Below the pieces are notes generated by a model. That model was not told where the DNA came from. It ran no database searches and worked only from the letters and a program-made list of their open reading frames with translations. A DNA stretch of 64,000 bases. Source: Candidatus Moraniibacteriota bacterium (GTDB taxonomy: Bacteria; Patescibacteriota; Minisyncoccia; Moranbacterales; GCA-2747515). Positions 44,862 through 55,256 of this stretch are shown here, one piece after another; positions within the stretch are counted from its first letter, which is position 1; each line of letters opens with the position of its first letter. A program made the position numbers and the translations under genes. The DNA is taken from the NCBI GenBank assembly GCA_016699795.1, contig CP065011.1, positions 418,474-482,473 of the forward strand, read 5' to 3'.

Positions 44862-46313
44862 ATGAAATATATAATTCCTCCATCAGTACTACACACTGGA
44901 AAAACTTTACTTGAAGCGGGTTTTGAGGTTTATCTCGTAGGAGGTTGCGTTCGGGATCTTCTTATGCAAAAAAAACCAAAAGATTGGGATTTTACGACAA
45001 ATGCACTCCCGGAACAAATACAAAAACTATTCCCTGATAGTTTTTATGAAAATACTTTTGGCACCGTTGGCATCAAAGTTCCTGAAGAAATTTCCATAGA
45101 TTCCAGTGATCGTATTATTGAAATCACTACGTATAGAACCGAATTGGGTTATTCAGATAATAGACGCCCTGATCACATACACTTTGCCAAAACTTTAAAG
45201 GAAGATCTCTTACGAAGAGATTTTACTATGAATGCTATTGCTCTATCCCCTCTTAAAAACGAGATTCAAGATTTCTATAATGGCGAGAAAGATATTGAAC
45301 AAAAAATTATTCGTGCCGTAGGAGACCCAAATGAACGTTTTTCTGAAGATGCTCTTCGCATGATGAGGGCTGTTCGATTTTCAAGTGAGCTCTGTTTTTC
45401 TATCGAAGAAAAAACTCTACAAGCCATACAAAAAAATGCTTCTCTTCTCAAAAATATTGCGAAAGAACGTATTCGTTTAGAATTGGAGCGCATTCTTCTT
45501 TCCCCACATCCTTCTGAGGGAATAGAAATGCTTGAAAAATCAGATCTTCTTCAATACATAATTCCCGAACTTCGTGAAGGAATTGGTGTTTCTCAAAATC
45601 TTCACCACACGTATACTGTATGGGAACATAACCTTTTAGCACTTAAAACTTGCCCATCGAAAAAACTTTCCGTTCGTCTCGCTGCACTTTTGCATGACGT
45701 AGGAAAACCCCGAACAAAAAAAGGTGATGGAAAATTCGCCACCTTCTATAATCATGATCATGTTGGTGCTCGTATAACACGAGAAATTCTCAAACGTCTC
45801 ACCTTTCCTCGTGAAATTGTAGAACACACAACCCTTCTCGTAGATCAACATCTCTTTTATTACAACGTGGAAGAAGTTACAGAGTCCGCCGTAAGACGAG
45901 TAATTGCGCGTGTTGGTCTTGAAAACATAAAAGATCTTATTGATGTTCGCATTGGGGATCGACTTGGAAGTGGTGTTCCTAAAGCTAAACCCTACCGACT
46001 TAGACATTTTGAATATATGGTAGAGAAAGTTTCTCATGATCCTATAAATGTTAAGGATCTCAAAATAAATGGAAATGATCTCACTCAAACTCTTACCCTT
46101 AAACCTGGACCAAAAATTGGCGCCATTCTTGACGTTCTTCTTGGAGAAGTTATTGAGGATTCTTCAAAAAATACTAAAGAGTTTCTTCTTGAGCGCGCTC
46201 GTAAACTTGAATCACAAGAAATTGAAACACTTCGCCATACAGCCAAATCTCGCATTGAAGAACAAAGAAAAAAAGATGAGGACTTTATGAAAAGTAAATA
46301 TTGGGTAAAATAA
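44862..46313 (+). CDS. cca: CCA-adding tRNA nucleotidyltransferase with HD domain
   Basis: 'GGCVRDLLMQKKPKDWDFTT' (PolB-like NTase head), 'RDFTMNA', HD motif 'LLHDVGKP'. Confidence 0.85.
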   Translation: MKYIIPPSVLHTGKTLLEAGFEVYLVGGCVRDLLMQKKPKDWDFTTNALPEQIQKLFPDSFYENTFGTVGIKVPEEISIDSSDRIIEITTYRTELGYSDNRRPDHIHFAKTLKEDLLRRDFTMNAIALSPLKNEIQDFYNGEKDIEQKIIRAVGDPNERFSEDALRMMRAVRFSSELCFSIEEKTLQAIQKNASLLKNIAKERIRLELERILLSPHPSEGIEMLEKSDLLQYIIPELREGIGVSQNLHHTYTVWEHNLLALKTCPSKKLSVRLAALLHDVGKPRTKKGDGKFATFYNHDHVGARITREILKRLTFPREIVEHTTLLVDQHLFYYNVEEVTESAVRRVIARVGLENIKDLIDVRIGDRLGSGVPKAKPYRLRHFEYMVEKVSHDPINVKDLKINGNDLTQTLTLKPGPKIGAILDVLLGEVIEDSSKNTKEFLLERARKLESQEIETLRHTAKSRIEEQRKKDEDFMKSKYWVK

Positions 46314-46521
46314 AAATCTTAAAAACTTAAAATCTTCTCAAGTTCATTACAAATTTACCCTATTTAAAGATATGTTTCTATTCTCTCTTACATTTTCCAT
46401 TAAAAATTTTACGCATAACTTTTCAAATTTCTGTACATTTTCGAAGGAAAAATCTATACTAAAGCCATAATTGTTATTCTATTTTTAATGTTCTCTAAAA
46501 TTTTAATGAGAATACAAAAGT

Positions 46522-47295
46522 ATGCTTAGTGAAAAAAATTTCTTCTCCATTCTCAACAACCAATCCAATCATTTTCCTGGTTATAATGAAAATCAATCTG
46601 AAGGAGACGGAAAAATTCTTGAACGAGCCCTCTTTGGTGGCCTAACCGGTTTCAATAAAGACTCTGACACACTCCTTGAGAATAGATTTGAATCCGTAAG
46701 TGGAGAACATGACAAAAATTATTATTCCAAGATATTTGAAATCGTACGCACACGCCAACCACACAATAACCCCAAAAATCCTCCTGGTCATTTCCCTCAA
46801 CAACTCCTCAAAGAAATTGTGCGAACTCTTGCGATAAAAACAAGGCGCATTCAACCCGGAGACTCAATCACCCTTCCGCATCCCTTTTTAGATGTTCGTT
46901 TGTATACAGCGGTTAATTCAATTCTCGATCGACGAGAAGGAGTGGATGCTTTCATTGATTTTGTACTCCCAAACAAAACTATTCGAACTGTGACTCTCGA
47001 TGCCACGCTTCAGGATATAAAAAATTCGTTCAAAGCAGATATTCTTTTCAGTCTTCCTCCAGAAATAAAGAGAAATTTTCGAAGGGATACCTTTATAGAA
47101 GATTTTGTTGATACTAAAAGATGTACGACATTCTTCTATGAACTCTCCGAAAAAATAGTCAATGTATTGACAAATCCCAAAAATATGGTAAATATAGAAG
47201 AACGTCTGGCACACCCGACAAAGCATGTCGTACCCCAGGATGTTCTTTATTGCACTGGAAACACCTATCGAAAAAACGATATGGAGGTAAAATAA
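46522..47295 (+). CDS. Hypothetical protein
   Basis: 257-aa ORF with no recognised motifs. Confidence 0.45.
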   Translation: MLSEKNFFSILNNQSNHFPGYNENQSEGDGKILERALFGGLTGFNKDSDTLLENRFESVSGEHDKNYYSKIFEIVRTRQPHNNPKNPPGHFPQQLLKEIVRTLAIKTRRIQPGDSITLPHPFLDVRLYTAVNSILDRREGVDAFIDFVLPNKTIRTVTLDATLQDIKNSFKADILFSLPPEIKRNFRRDTFIEDFVDTKRCTTFFYELSEKIVNVLTNPKNMVNIEERLAHPTKHVVPQDVLYCTGNTYRKNDMEVK

Positions 47296-47597
47296 GATTG
47301 AAGAAAAAATCTTTTGCAAACGTCCTTTTTGGAAGTGTCGTGAACGGGCCTCCTGATATCGAACATGAGCCAAATCTCGAGTATTTCACTCATGAATTTA
47401 CTTCGGGATGTGTCGCTCACGCTTTCTGTAGTGGATGTGGAAGGCACTTTCAAGTAACTACTAAGAGAGCAGAAGAGATTCTCCATTCACACACACTCCC
47501 TCACAATGACGAGTACATCCGACTTATAGAGTGCACGCTCTGCTGTCCCCAGGGTGCTCGGGGAGCTATTATAAAAAAAAGACCCAAGCTCTCCTAG
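47250..47597 (+). CDS. Hypothetical Cys-rich small protein (possible zinc-binding)
   Basis: 115 aa with 'CVAHAFCSGCGRHF' and 'CTLCCPQG'. The start is uncertain because it overlaps the previous gene by 46 nt. Confidence 0.3.
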   Translation: MHWKHLSKKRYGGKIRLKKKSFANVLFGSVVNGPPDIEHEPNLEYFTHEFTSGCVAHAFCSGCGRHFQVTTKRAEEILHSHTLPHNDEYIRLIECTLCCPQGARGAIIKKRPKLS

Positions 47598-47632
47598 CTT
47601 TTCAAGTGCTAAAAAATAAACCACATTTTCAA

Positions 47633-47667
47633 AACGGGATTGTCTTACTTTCCCGTTTTTTCTTTTT
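47633..47667 (+). terminator. Rho-independent terminator (aacggga...tcccgtt + T-run)
   Basis: aaaacgggattgtcttactttcccgttttttc. Confidence 0.6.
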
Positions 47668-48050
47668 ATATTAATCTCTTTTGCGAAGAATCCTCCACCC
47701 TTTAGTGTACGGTCTCGAAAATAACCTTCACACCCAAAGATAAATATGAAAATTACCCAAAATCGTAAAGTTATTATTTCATAATAGAAATTTCTCGCGT
47801 CTGTGCTTCTATATTTCGTATTTGAAAAAAATATTAAAATCCAAAATTTTAAACTATAAACAATATATTGTCGGAAAACTTTTTTACATTTTTCTTCACT
47901 CTTTCTTCTTTTTACTCACAAAGGATATCTCAAAACAAGCATCCTAACCTTTATTGGAGAATAAAATATTTAAAATAGACTCTTTATTTTTCTAATCTTC
48001 TACAATATAGACAAAAAAAAATTTTACAATTATAGTAAAAGATAACCTAG

Positions 48051-48121
48051 CGGGCTGTAGTATACCGGTAGTACGCACCCTTCGGGTGGGTGTAGACTGG
48101 GTTCAATTCCCGGCAGCCCGA
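48051..48121 (+). tRNA. tRNA-Pro (anticodon CGG), no CCA
   Basis: Acceptor CGGGCTG/CAGCCCG, anticodon stem CACCC/GGGTG with loop TTCGGGT, T-arm CTGGG-TTCAATT-CCCGG. The exact 5' end is +/-1 nt. Confidence 0.7.
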
Positions 48122-48245
48122 CAATAATGAATGGGCTGAAGTACACAAACTGCTTTGCGTGCGTCGGAAATTGAAGGGATGGGCGATGCGTTTCGCCGAC
48201 TATCCCTGGCCCGAAGGGAATTTCTAGCAGCCTGACGTGAATTAA
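48122..48245 (+). mobile_element. Miniature tRNA-3'-end-associated element (remnant/CIME-like) with degenerate tRNA-Pro 3'-end copy
   Basis: 'ccctggcccgaagggaatttctagcagcctgacgtgaatt' ends in a degenerate copy of 'ttcaattcccggcagcccgacaataat'. The internal 'gaaggga..gcga.gcg...ggcccgaaggg' parallels the arm at 39630-39675. Confidence 0.35.
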
Positions 48246-48266
48246 TTTATAAAAAGTATCATTTAT

Positions 48267-49025
48267 ATGGAAACATTTCTTTTGTATTTATTCTTTATAG
48301 GAATTGGGGTTATTCTTATTTCTATAAAACAAATCAATCAATACGAGCGTGGAGTAAAATTTACTTTTGGAAAATTTACCTCCATTATAGAACCTGGCTG
48401 GAGACTTATTTTTCCTATAATACAAGGATATCAAAAAGTAGACATGCGAACCCGAGCTGTAGACGTTCCTGATCAAGAAGCTATTACCAAGGATAATATT
48501 TCTGTTCGAGTTAATGCTGTTATTTATTATCGAGTAAATGACGCTCAAAAAGCAATATTGGAAGTAGAAAATTTTTATTTTGCTGTATCTCAACTTGCCC
48601 AAACTACAATGAGAAATATCGTAGGAGAGGTAGATCTCGATGAACTTCTTTCAAATAGAAACGCCATAGCAGAAAAAATACGTCTTATCATTGATAAATC
48701 ATCTGATTCTTGGGGAGTTCAAGTAGAATCTGTTGAACTTAAAGATGCTATTCTTCCTGAGGATATGAAAAGGACTATCGCCAAACAAGCTGAAGCTGAA
48801 AGAGAAAAACGAGCTGTCATTATCAAAGCTGAAGGAGAACTTATCTCAGCTGAAAATATGGCTAAAGCTGCCTCTATTCTCTCGGGAAGTAATGGCGCTC
48901 TCCATTTACGAACACTTCAAACACTCAATGATATTAGTAGCGATGAATCTAATACTATGATCTTTGTGACTCCTATAGAGCTTATACAAGCTATTGAAGG
49001 TTTTTCAAAGAAGATTTCTCGCTAA
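48267..49025 (+). CDS. SPFH/band-7 protein (stomatin/HflK-like)
   Basis: 'ERGVKFTFGKFTSIIEPGWRLIFPIIQGYQKVDMRTRAVDVPDQEAITKDNISVRVNAVIYYRV' plus the C-terminal 'AEAEREKRAVIIKAEGE' coiled coil. Confidence 0.85.
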   Translation: METFLLYLFFIGIGVILISIKQINQYERGVKFTFGKFTSIIEPGWRLIFPIIQGYQKVDMRTRAVDVPDQEAITKDNISVRVNAVIYYRVNDAQKAILEVENFYFAVSQLAQTTMRNIVGEVDLDELLSNRNAIAEKIRLIIDKSSDSWGVQVESVELKDAILPEDMKRTIAKQAEAEREKRAVIIKAEGELISAENMAKAASILSGSNGALHLRTLQTLNDISSDESNTMIFVTPIELIQAIEGFSKKISR

Positions 49026-49060
49026 AAATTACTGAAAATACAAATTTTTTGTATTAGTGT

Positions 49061-49360
49061 ATGCAAATATATGTAAAAGATTTTAATGGAACCGCCGTTT
49101 CTCTTATGCGAAAAATCGGTTATGTTTTCCAAAAACAAGAAAATTCCCATGAATTAGCTTTTGTTCGAACACTAGCACAATCAGGTTTTCCTCGATTTCA
49201 CATCTATGTAAAAAAGAAGGATAAAGAACTTCTTCTTACGATTCATCTTGACCAACACAAAGAAACCTATGGACAAGAAACCCTCCATCATGGAGAATAT
49301 GCTTGTGATGGTGCCCTTGGAGAAGAAATGAAAAGAATTCAACATATTCTCCAAAAATAA
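49061..49360 (+). CDS. Hypothetical protein
   Basis: 99-aa ORF ending 2 nt before tRNA-Leu. Confidence 0.45.
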   Translation: MQIYVKDFNGTAVSLMRKIGYVFQKQENSHELAFVRTLAQSGFPRFHIYVKKKDKELLLTIHLDQHKETYGQETLHHGEYACDGALGEEMKRIQHILQK

Positions 49361-49362
49361 AA

Positions 49363-49445
49363 GCCGAGGTGGCGAAATGGTAGACGCATCAGCCTTAGGA
49401 GCTGACGGAATAATATCCATGGAGGTTCGAGTCCTCTCCTCGGCA
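49363..49445 (+). tRNA. tRNA-Leu (anticodon UAG), long variable arm
   Basis: Acceptor GCCGAGG/CCTCGGC, anticodon stem TCAGC/GCTGA with loop CTTAGGA, T-arm GGAGG-TTCGAGT-CCTCT. Confidence 0.85.
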
Positions 49446-49531
49446 CTACATCTACTCTTGATTTTTTTCTCAAAATAAACTATTACATACCCACAGCCCT
49501 TCAAAAATCCTTCGTACAAGAGAGTTTTTCT

Positions 49532-49852
49532 GTGCAAGTTTTTTTAAGGATTGATCCTTCAGTTTGTAACGAGGCAAAGAAGAAAATGCATTTTGTCATT
49601 AAAGGTCTTTCCATAAATGAAAGAGAAGGTTTTATATATGGAGAAAAAGCCTTCGATCCCTCTACTCAAACAACGAGTATTAAGACTCAGTTCTTTGAAG
49701 GTATTTTTTCGGGTTTTTATCCCCTAGAACAGAGAGAATCCTCTATTCCCATTCAGTATGATAAAATTTTTACCTCTCTCTTGGTGATAAATATCACTCA
49801 GAAAGATTGGGAGAAAAAACTCTCAGAATATCTTCAAATAATCCTTAACTAA
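49532..49852 (+). CDS. Hypothetical protein
   Basis: 106-aa ORF. Confidence 0.4.
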   Translation: MQVFLRIDPSVCNEAKKKMHFVIKGLSINEREGFIYGEKAFDPSTQTTSIKTQFFEGIFSGFYPLEQRESSIPIQYDKIFTSLLVINITQKDWEKKLSEYLQIILN

Positions 49853-49914
49853 GGATTATTAAAAAAGCATCTGCCAAACAAGGTATGATGCTTTTTTCTT
49901 AAATTCCACCTTTT

Positions 49915-50958
49915 TTAGAAATCCCAACTTCCCTTAAGCGAACTTGACTGAGTGTAATTTACAACCGTTGTTTCAAAAAAATTTCCTTTGTCCCCATTAG
50001 TATCTTGTAAACGATCAAGATGTTTATAGGGGTTTGCTATAGCATCAGGATATAAAGGATTAATACTAAGTGTTGCTAGGCGTTTATTGGCAAGCCATCG
50101 AGTATATTCTCTTGTTGTTACCGCATTTATTCCAGGAATTTTATTTCCTAAAATATGCGTCCCCCATTCTATTTCTTGATCAACAGCTGACTTCATCATT
50201 TCAACAATAAGTTTTTCGTTATAAATAGAGGGAAATTCTTTTCGTATTTCACGAATAATATTCGCAAATATCGAGACATGAGTAAGTTCATCCCTTCGAA
50301 TATAAGCAATCATCCTTCCTGTCGCTTGCATTTTCCCACGATCTGTTAAGGTATCAAAGAAAGCAAATCCATTATAGAAATACAGTGACTCCAAAAGGAA
50401 ATTAGCTACAATTCCACGGAAGAAGTTTTCATCGCTTGGGGTATCTATAAAATCTTGGTACATTTGACCTATATACGTATTTCTTTTGAGAAGAATTTTA
50501 TTTTTTCTCCAAAAATAATAAATCTCAGTACGCTCATCACTATCCACGACAGATTCAAGGATAGTTGCATATGACTGTGAATGAATTGCCTCTTGATATG
50601 CCTGAATAGACAAGATGAGATTTACTTCTGGACTCGTAATATACTCAGAAAAATTCGGCAAATTAACCGTCTGTATAGAATCCAAAAAAATAAGAAAAGA
50701 AAGTATACCCTTATAGGCTCGCTGTTCTTCCGCACTCATTTCTGAATGAAACATGCGAGCATCATCTTTAAGTCCCATTACCTTTTCAGGAACCCAAAAA
50801 TTACCAATCATAACTTGATACAAAGATTTTGCCCAAGAATATTTTGTAGCATTTAAATTGAATAATCCTGTTGTATTTCCCTTTATAATAGCCCTATCTG
50901 AAACGTCATCGTTCCCTAAAGGATTAAATATGGGATTTTTTTGCATTTTTTTCACCAT
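49915..50958 (-). CDS. nrdB: Class I ribonucleotide reductase beta (R2) subunit
   Basis: Di-iron ligand motifs ('YQEAIHSQSYATI', 'ANFLLESLYFYNGFAFF', 'ELTHVSIFANII') of the ferritin-like R2 fold. Confidence 0.85.
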   Translation of the reverse strand: MVKKMQKNPIFNPLGNDDVSDRAIIKGNTTGLFNLNATKYSWAKSLYQVMIGNFWVPEKVMGLKDDARMFHSEMSAEEQRAYKGILSFLIFLDSIQTVNLPNFSEYITSPEVNLILSIQAYQEAIHSQSYATILESVVDSDERTEIYYFWRKNKILLKRNTYIGQMYQDFIDTPSDENFFRGIVANFLLESLYFYNGFAFFDTLTDRGKMQATGRMIAYIRRDELTHVSIFANIIREIRKEFPSIYNEKLIVEMMKSAVDQEIEWGTHILGNKIPGINAVTTREYTRWLANKRLATLSINPLYPDAIANPYKHLDRLQDTNGDKGNFFETTVVNYTQSSSLKGSWDF

Positions 50959-50978
50959 AGAAGTTACGTTTAAATAAT

Positions 50979-53597
50979 TTATCCGCTACACGAAACACAA
51001 TCGTCTTTTATTTCACCTGATAAGCTTCGTACATAATATACCGTTTTAATACCATCTTCCCACGCTTTCATATAATAACCAAAGAGTTGTGCAGGACTTG
51101 TCCGCGCAGGATCAATCATCCACTCAAAACTTATTGATTGGTCAATCCATTTATACACAATCGCTATCATATCAATGACATCTGCCATATCCATAGTAAT
51201 ATATTCCCTATAATACCAAAAATTTTCTTTATTAAGTTTTGGAGCTACTCTTATTGTGGAAGAGCTGAGATTTGTTTCAATAAAATATTTTTTATATATA
51301 GGAAGAAGTGCTGCTGTTGTACCAACCACACCCGCTGTGGATGTATTTGGGGCTGGAGCTGTATGATAACCAAATCGTACTCCATATTCTTTCATATCTA
51401 AGAAGATGCGTTTCCATTGTTCTGCATATTTAGTATTTTCTTCAAACCATGAACTTTTATGTCCAAGAAGTATTCCTTTACTATATTCACTTCCTTTATA
51501 TAATTCATATGAGCCTCGCTCTTTCGCTAAATTTATCGATGAGCGATATGTATAATACGCATATCGTTCAAAAAGTTGATCAACTTGTACTCTTGCTTCC
51601 AAACTTTCATATGCCAACTTTCTCGTTGCTAAATATTCTGCCAAACCTAAATATCCTATTCCTATACTGCGATATCTAAGGGCTGTTCTCTCAGCTTCTT
51701 TGATAGGATAATAATTAAGTGTTATCACATTATCCAAGACACGTAGAAGAATGGGAAATGTTTTTTTCATCACTGATTCCGTATAGACTTTAGCAACATT
51801 TACAGAAGCAAGATTACAAACAACAAGATCTCCAGGTTGATAGCGAATAATAATTTCTCCACTTTCTTCCAAAACTTCTTTTTTAAATACTGTAGGTGAT
51901 GTATTTTGACAAATTTCTGTACAAAGCTGAGTAGAATAAATATTTCCAGCGTGTTTATTTGGATTTAATCTATTTACAGTATCCCTATAAAACACATAGG
52001 GCATACCTGTTTCAACTGTTGCTTTGAGAAATTTTTTAAATAAATCCTTTGCAAGAACTGTTTTCTTTAATTTCAAACGATTATCAGCTTCAAGTTCTTT
52101 ATAAAATTTTTCAAATTCTTTTCCAAAATGATCTTCTAATTTTTTCCCCCAAACACTACCCACTTCATGGGGATCAAAAAGTGTCCATTCCCCCTCATCC
52201 TTCAATCTTTTCATAAAAATATCAGGAATAGAAACGGCTGGAAATATATCAAATGCTTTAGAACGAATATCTCCTGTTTCTGTTTGAAGATCAAGGAAAT
52301 CATAAATATCTGCATGCCAAATATCAAGCGTAACAGAAATTGCTCCAGCACGAGCCCCGAGCTGATTAACTGCATTAGCCGTATCATTTATAACTTTTAT
52401 CCAAGGATTAACTCCGCCAGAGGTACCCTCTACTTTACGAATCATCGCCCCTCGTGAGCGAATATGACCGAGATACACACCAATACCCCCTCCAAATTTA
52501 GAAATCTGCGCCATATTCTCAATACCATGATAAATGGCTCTTAAATCATCATCTATATTTATTTTAAAACAGCTAGAAAGTTGATGGTAATTCGTTCTTG
52601 CATTAAGGAGTGTCGGAGTTGGTAATGATATTCTTTGCTCAGAACATTCTTCGTAAAGACGTAAAGCAAATTTAAGACGGTTCTCTTTTTTCTCAGGAAT
52701 AGCCAAAAATAAAGCAACTGACATATACATCTCCTGAGGAAGTTCCTTAACAATCTTATTAGGATTTAAAAGATATCTATTTGCAAGAGATAATATAGTT
52801 GTATATTCATAATTTTCATCCGTATTTTTATTTAAATAACGGCCTGCTTCCAGAATATCTTCTTTAGAATAATATTGATAAAAATCCTTATAATAGAGAC
52901 CCTGTTGAATATAATCATCAAATAAAGATTTGTAAGACTGTGCTGAATATAATTTCTCCATTGAAAGTTTTCGGTTAGAAAGTGCCTGTTTGTACAAATT
53001 CCCCAAAAAAATTCTTGCTCCTACATATTGCCAAGCAATATTTTCCACACTCACCAAATCAATACAAGTCTTTACTAAAAGTTTATTTATATCAGATGTT
53101 TTAATATCCTCTACAATGTTATTTTTAAAAGCCTCAACTAATTCTTTAAAAAGACATTGTTTTTCATAGCCCTTTGAAGCCCTATCAAAGACTTTTTTTA
53201 TCTTTTTTATATCAAAAAGTTCTTTAGATTTATTATTTTTTATCACTTTAAGTGATTTTTTCTCAAACTGTGAAATGAGATATTCTTTTCGCTCTTCGCG
53301 TTCTCGTCGATGTTCCTCACGATAAAGAATATATGCCTTTGCTACCTCAAAATATTCAACTCGCATCAAAGCTCGCTCAACAGCATCTTGTATCTTTTCA
53401 ACAACAGGGATTGATGAATGAATTTCATTTTCACAATGACGTTCCAATTCTTCAACAATCTCATCAACAAGAAATGGAATAAACTCCTGATCTTTTTCTC
53501 CTATAGCATCACATGCTTTTTGGATAGCTTCTTCGATTCTTGCTCGATCAAAGTCCTCTATTTCACCGTCACGTTTTTGAATATGTGTGATAGTCAT
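50979..53597 (-). CDS. nrdA: Class I ribonucleotide reductase alpha (R1) subunit with ATP-cone
   Basis: N-terminal ATP-cone ('HIQKRDGEIEDFDRARIEEAI'), catalytic-core 'CNLASVNV' and C-terminal Cys pair 'CVSCSG'. 872 aa. Confidence 0.9.
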   Translation of the reverse strand: MTITHIQKRDGEIEDFDRARIEEAIQKACDAIGEKDQEFIPFLVDEIVEELERHCENEIHSSIPVVEKIQDAVERALMRVEYFEVAKAYILYREEHRREREERKEYLISQFEKKSLKVIKNNKSKELFDIKKIKKVFDRASKGYEKQCLFKELVEAFKNNIVEDIKTSDINKLLVKTCIDLVSVENIAWQYVGARIFLGNLYKQALSNRKLSMEKLYSAQSYKSLFDDYIQQGLYYKDFYQYYSKEDILEAGRYLNKNTDENYEYTTILSLANRYLLNPNKIVKELPQEMYMSVALFLAIPEKKENRLKFALRLYEECSEQRISLPTPTLLNARTNYHQLSSCFKINIDDDLRAIYHGIENMAQISKFGGGIGVYLGHIRSRGAMIRKVEGTSGGVNPWIKVINDTANAVNQLGARAGAISVTLDIWHADIYDFLDLQTETGDIRSKAFDIFPAVSIPDIFMKRLKDEGEWTLFDPHEVGSVWGKKLEDHFGKEFEKFYKELEADNRLKLKKTVLAKDLFKKFLKATVETGMPYVFYRDTVNRLNPNKHAGNIYSTQLCTEICQNTSPTVFKKEVLEESGEIIIRYQPGDLVVCNLASVNVAKVYTESVMKKTFPILLRVLDNVITLNYYPIKEAERTALRYRSIGIGYLGLAEYLATRKLAYESLEARVQVDQLFERYAYYTYRSSINLAKERGSYELYKGSEYSKGILLGHKSSWFEENTKYAEQWKRIFLDMKEYGVRFGYHTAPAPNTSTAGVVGTTAALLPIYKKYFIETNLSSSTIRVAPKLNKENFWYYREYITMDMADVIDMIAIVYKWIDQSISFEWMIDPARTSPAQLFGYYMKAWEDGIKTVYYVRSLSGEIKDDCVSCSG

Positions 53598-53750
53598 ATA
53601 TTTTCATTATATTTTTTATTTCGATTCATTTTTAACTAAAAACTGGAGAATTTCTTTTATATGCAATTTTTATTCAAAAACTTACATTTTAGAGAAGGAA
53701 AAGGAGTGGCAAAAAACCACCCCCTCATTCTTTCTACAAAGAAAAATGAA

Positions 53751-54329
53751 CTATTTTACAAACCGAGATTCAACAACACGCCAATCAATAGCTTTCATAA
53801 AAATTTCAATATAATCCACTCGCTTCAAACCATAGTCAATCATATATGCGTGTTCGAATACATCCATCACAAGAAGTGGGATCGAGCCAGAAAGATGTCC
53901 TCCGTCATGCTCATTAATCCATACATTAAAAAATTGATCTTCTTGGGGATCATAGTAGAGCACAATCCAACCAATTCCTCTCATTACAGCCATAGATCGA
54001 AAATCTTTTTCCCACACCTCCAAACTTCCCCATTCTTTCTTGAAAGCCTCTTTCAATTTTCCTTCCAAAAGAAAAGATTTTTCTTTTGTAAGATTTCCAA
54101 AATACAATTCATGAAGTCGCATACCATTCCATTCCCATCCAAATCGTCGATTCATTTCCGCATATTCTGGCACGATAAACTTCTCATTTCTCCTTAATTC
54201 TATCAAAGAATCTTGTAATTTATTAACATTGGCAACATATCCTTCATAAAGGGTAAAATGATTCCTTAATAAATCTTCACTCATTCCTGAGATTCCCAAA
54301 AGATGTTCAAATTTCTTCGGATGATACAT
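53751..54329 (-). CDS. Fe/Mn superoxide dismutase
   Basis: 'FEHLLGISGMSEDLLRNHFTLYEGYVANVN' and 'DVFEHAYMIDYG' (SOD Fe/Mn signature D-x-W-E-H-[STA]-[FY]2). Confidence 0.9.
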   Translation of the reverse strand: MYHPKKFEHLLGISGMSEDLLRNHFTLYEGYVANVNKLQDSLIELRRNEKFIVPEYAEMNRRFGWEWNGMRLHELYFGNLTKEKSFLLEGKLKEAFKKEWGSLEVWEKDFRSMAVMRGIGWIVLYYDPQEDQFFNVWINEHDGGHLSGSIPLLVMDVFEHAYMIDYGLKRVDYIEIFMKAIDWRVVESRFVK

Positions 54330-54373
54330 AAATAATACTTTATTTTATATTTTATCGCTATTGAAAAATATTT

Positions 54374-54961
54374 TTAAATCTTTCCTACCAAGTCTACTCC
54401 TGGCTTTAATGTTTTCTTCCCTGGAGTCCATCGAGCAGGACAAACCTCTCCCTTATGCTTTGATACATAAATAGACGCTCTCAATTTTCGAAGTAATTCT
54501 TCAGCATTTCGTCCAATAGAATTATCATTCACTTCGTAGGCCTTAAGCACTCCCTTTGGATCGATAATGAATGTTCCTCGAAGAGCAAGTCCTTCCTCTG
54601 GAATATAAATTCCGAAATACTTTGCTATTTGTGCAGTAGGGTCAGCTCCCATTGGATAAGTAATCTTTTTTATAGAAGGTGAATTATCATGCCAAGCCTT
54701 ATGAACAAATGCCGTATCTGTACTAAAACTAACAATTTCAGCACCTTCTTTAACAAAATCTTTATAATTCTCTGCGAGATCTTCAAGCTCCGTAGGGCAA
54801 ATAAAAGTAAAATCTGCTGGATAAAAAAAGATAATTAACCACTTATCTTTAAAATCAGATATTTTTTTCTTCGAAATTCTATTATTTTGAAATACTTCAA
54901 ACGAAAGATCTTCGATTTTTTCCCCTATTACAGGATGTCGATTATTATTTATTTGTTCCAT
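54374..54961 (-). CDS. Peroxiredoxin (AhpC/TSA, typical 2-Cys)
   Basis: 'FYPADFTFICPTEL' peroxidatic Cys motif, resolving 'GEVCPARW'. Confidence 0.9.
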   Translation of the reverse strand: MEQINNNRHPVIGEKIEDLSFEVFQNNRISKKKISDFKDKWLIIFFYPADFTFICPTELEDLAENYKDFVKEGAEIVSFSTDTAFVHKAWHDNSPSIKKITYPMGADPTAQIAKYFGIYIPEEGLALRGTFIIDPKGVLKAYEVNDNSIGRNAEELLRKLRASIYVSKHKGEVCPARWTPGKKTLKPGVDLVGKI

Positions 54962-55256
54962 ACTTTTATAAGAATTGATATATTATTTTTACATTTTATA
55001 CAAAAACTTCTCTTTAGCTTGAAATTATATAAAACTACTCCTTAGTGTATTCCAACAAAAATATCTTGTCAAACCAAAAGAAACCAATTATACAAAAAAA
55101 CACAACATATTGTGCTTTTTCAATAAAAAAAACACAATCAATGTATTTCATACAATAAAAATACTCTCCAAAAAACCTTCGAATTTTTCTTATTATAAAG
55201 ATTAGGAAGGCTTCTTCACTAAAAATTTTAGAAAAAATACAATTAAGATACATACA

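Noticed and set aside
53661-54197. 178-aa plus-strand ORF overlapping the SOD gene and the nrdA upstream region
   Set aside because: It is antisense to a well-supported SOD gene and has a low-complexity translation.
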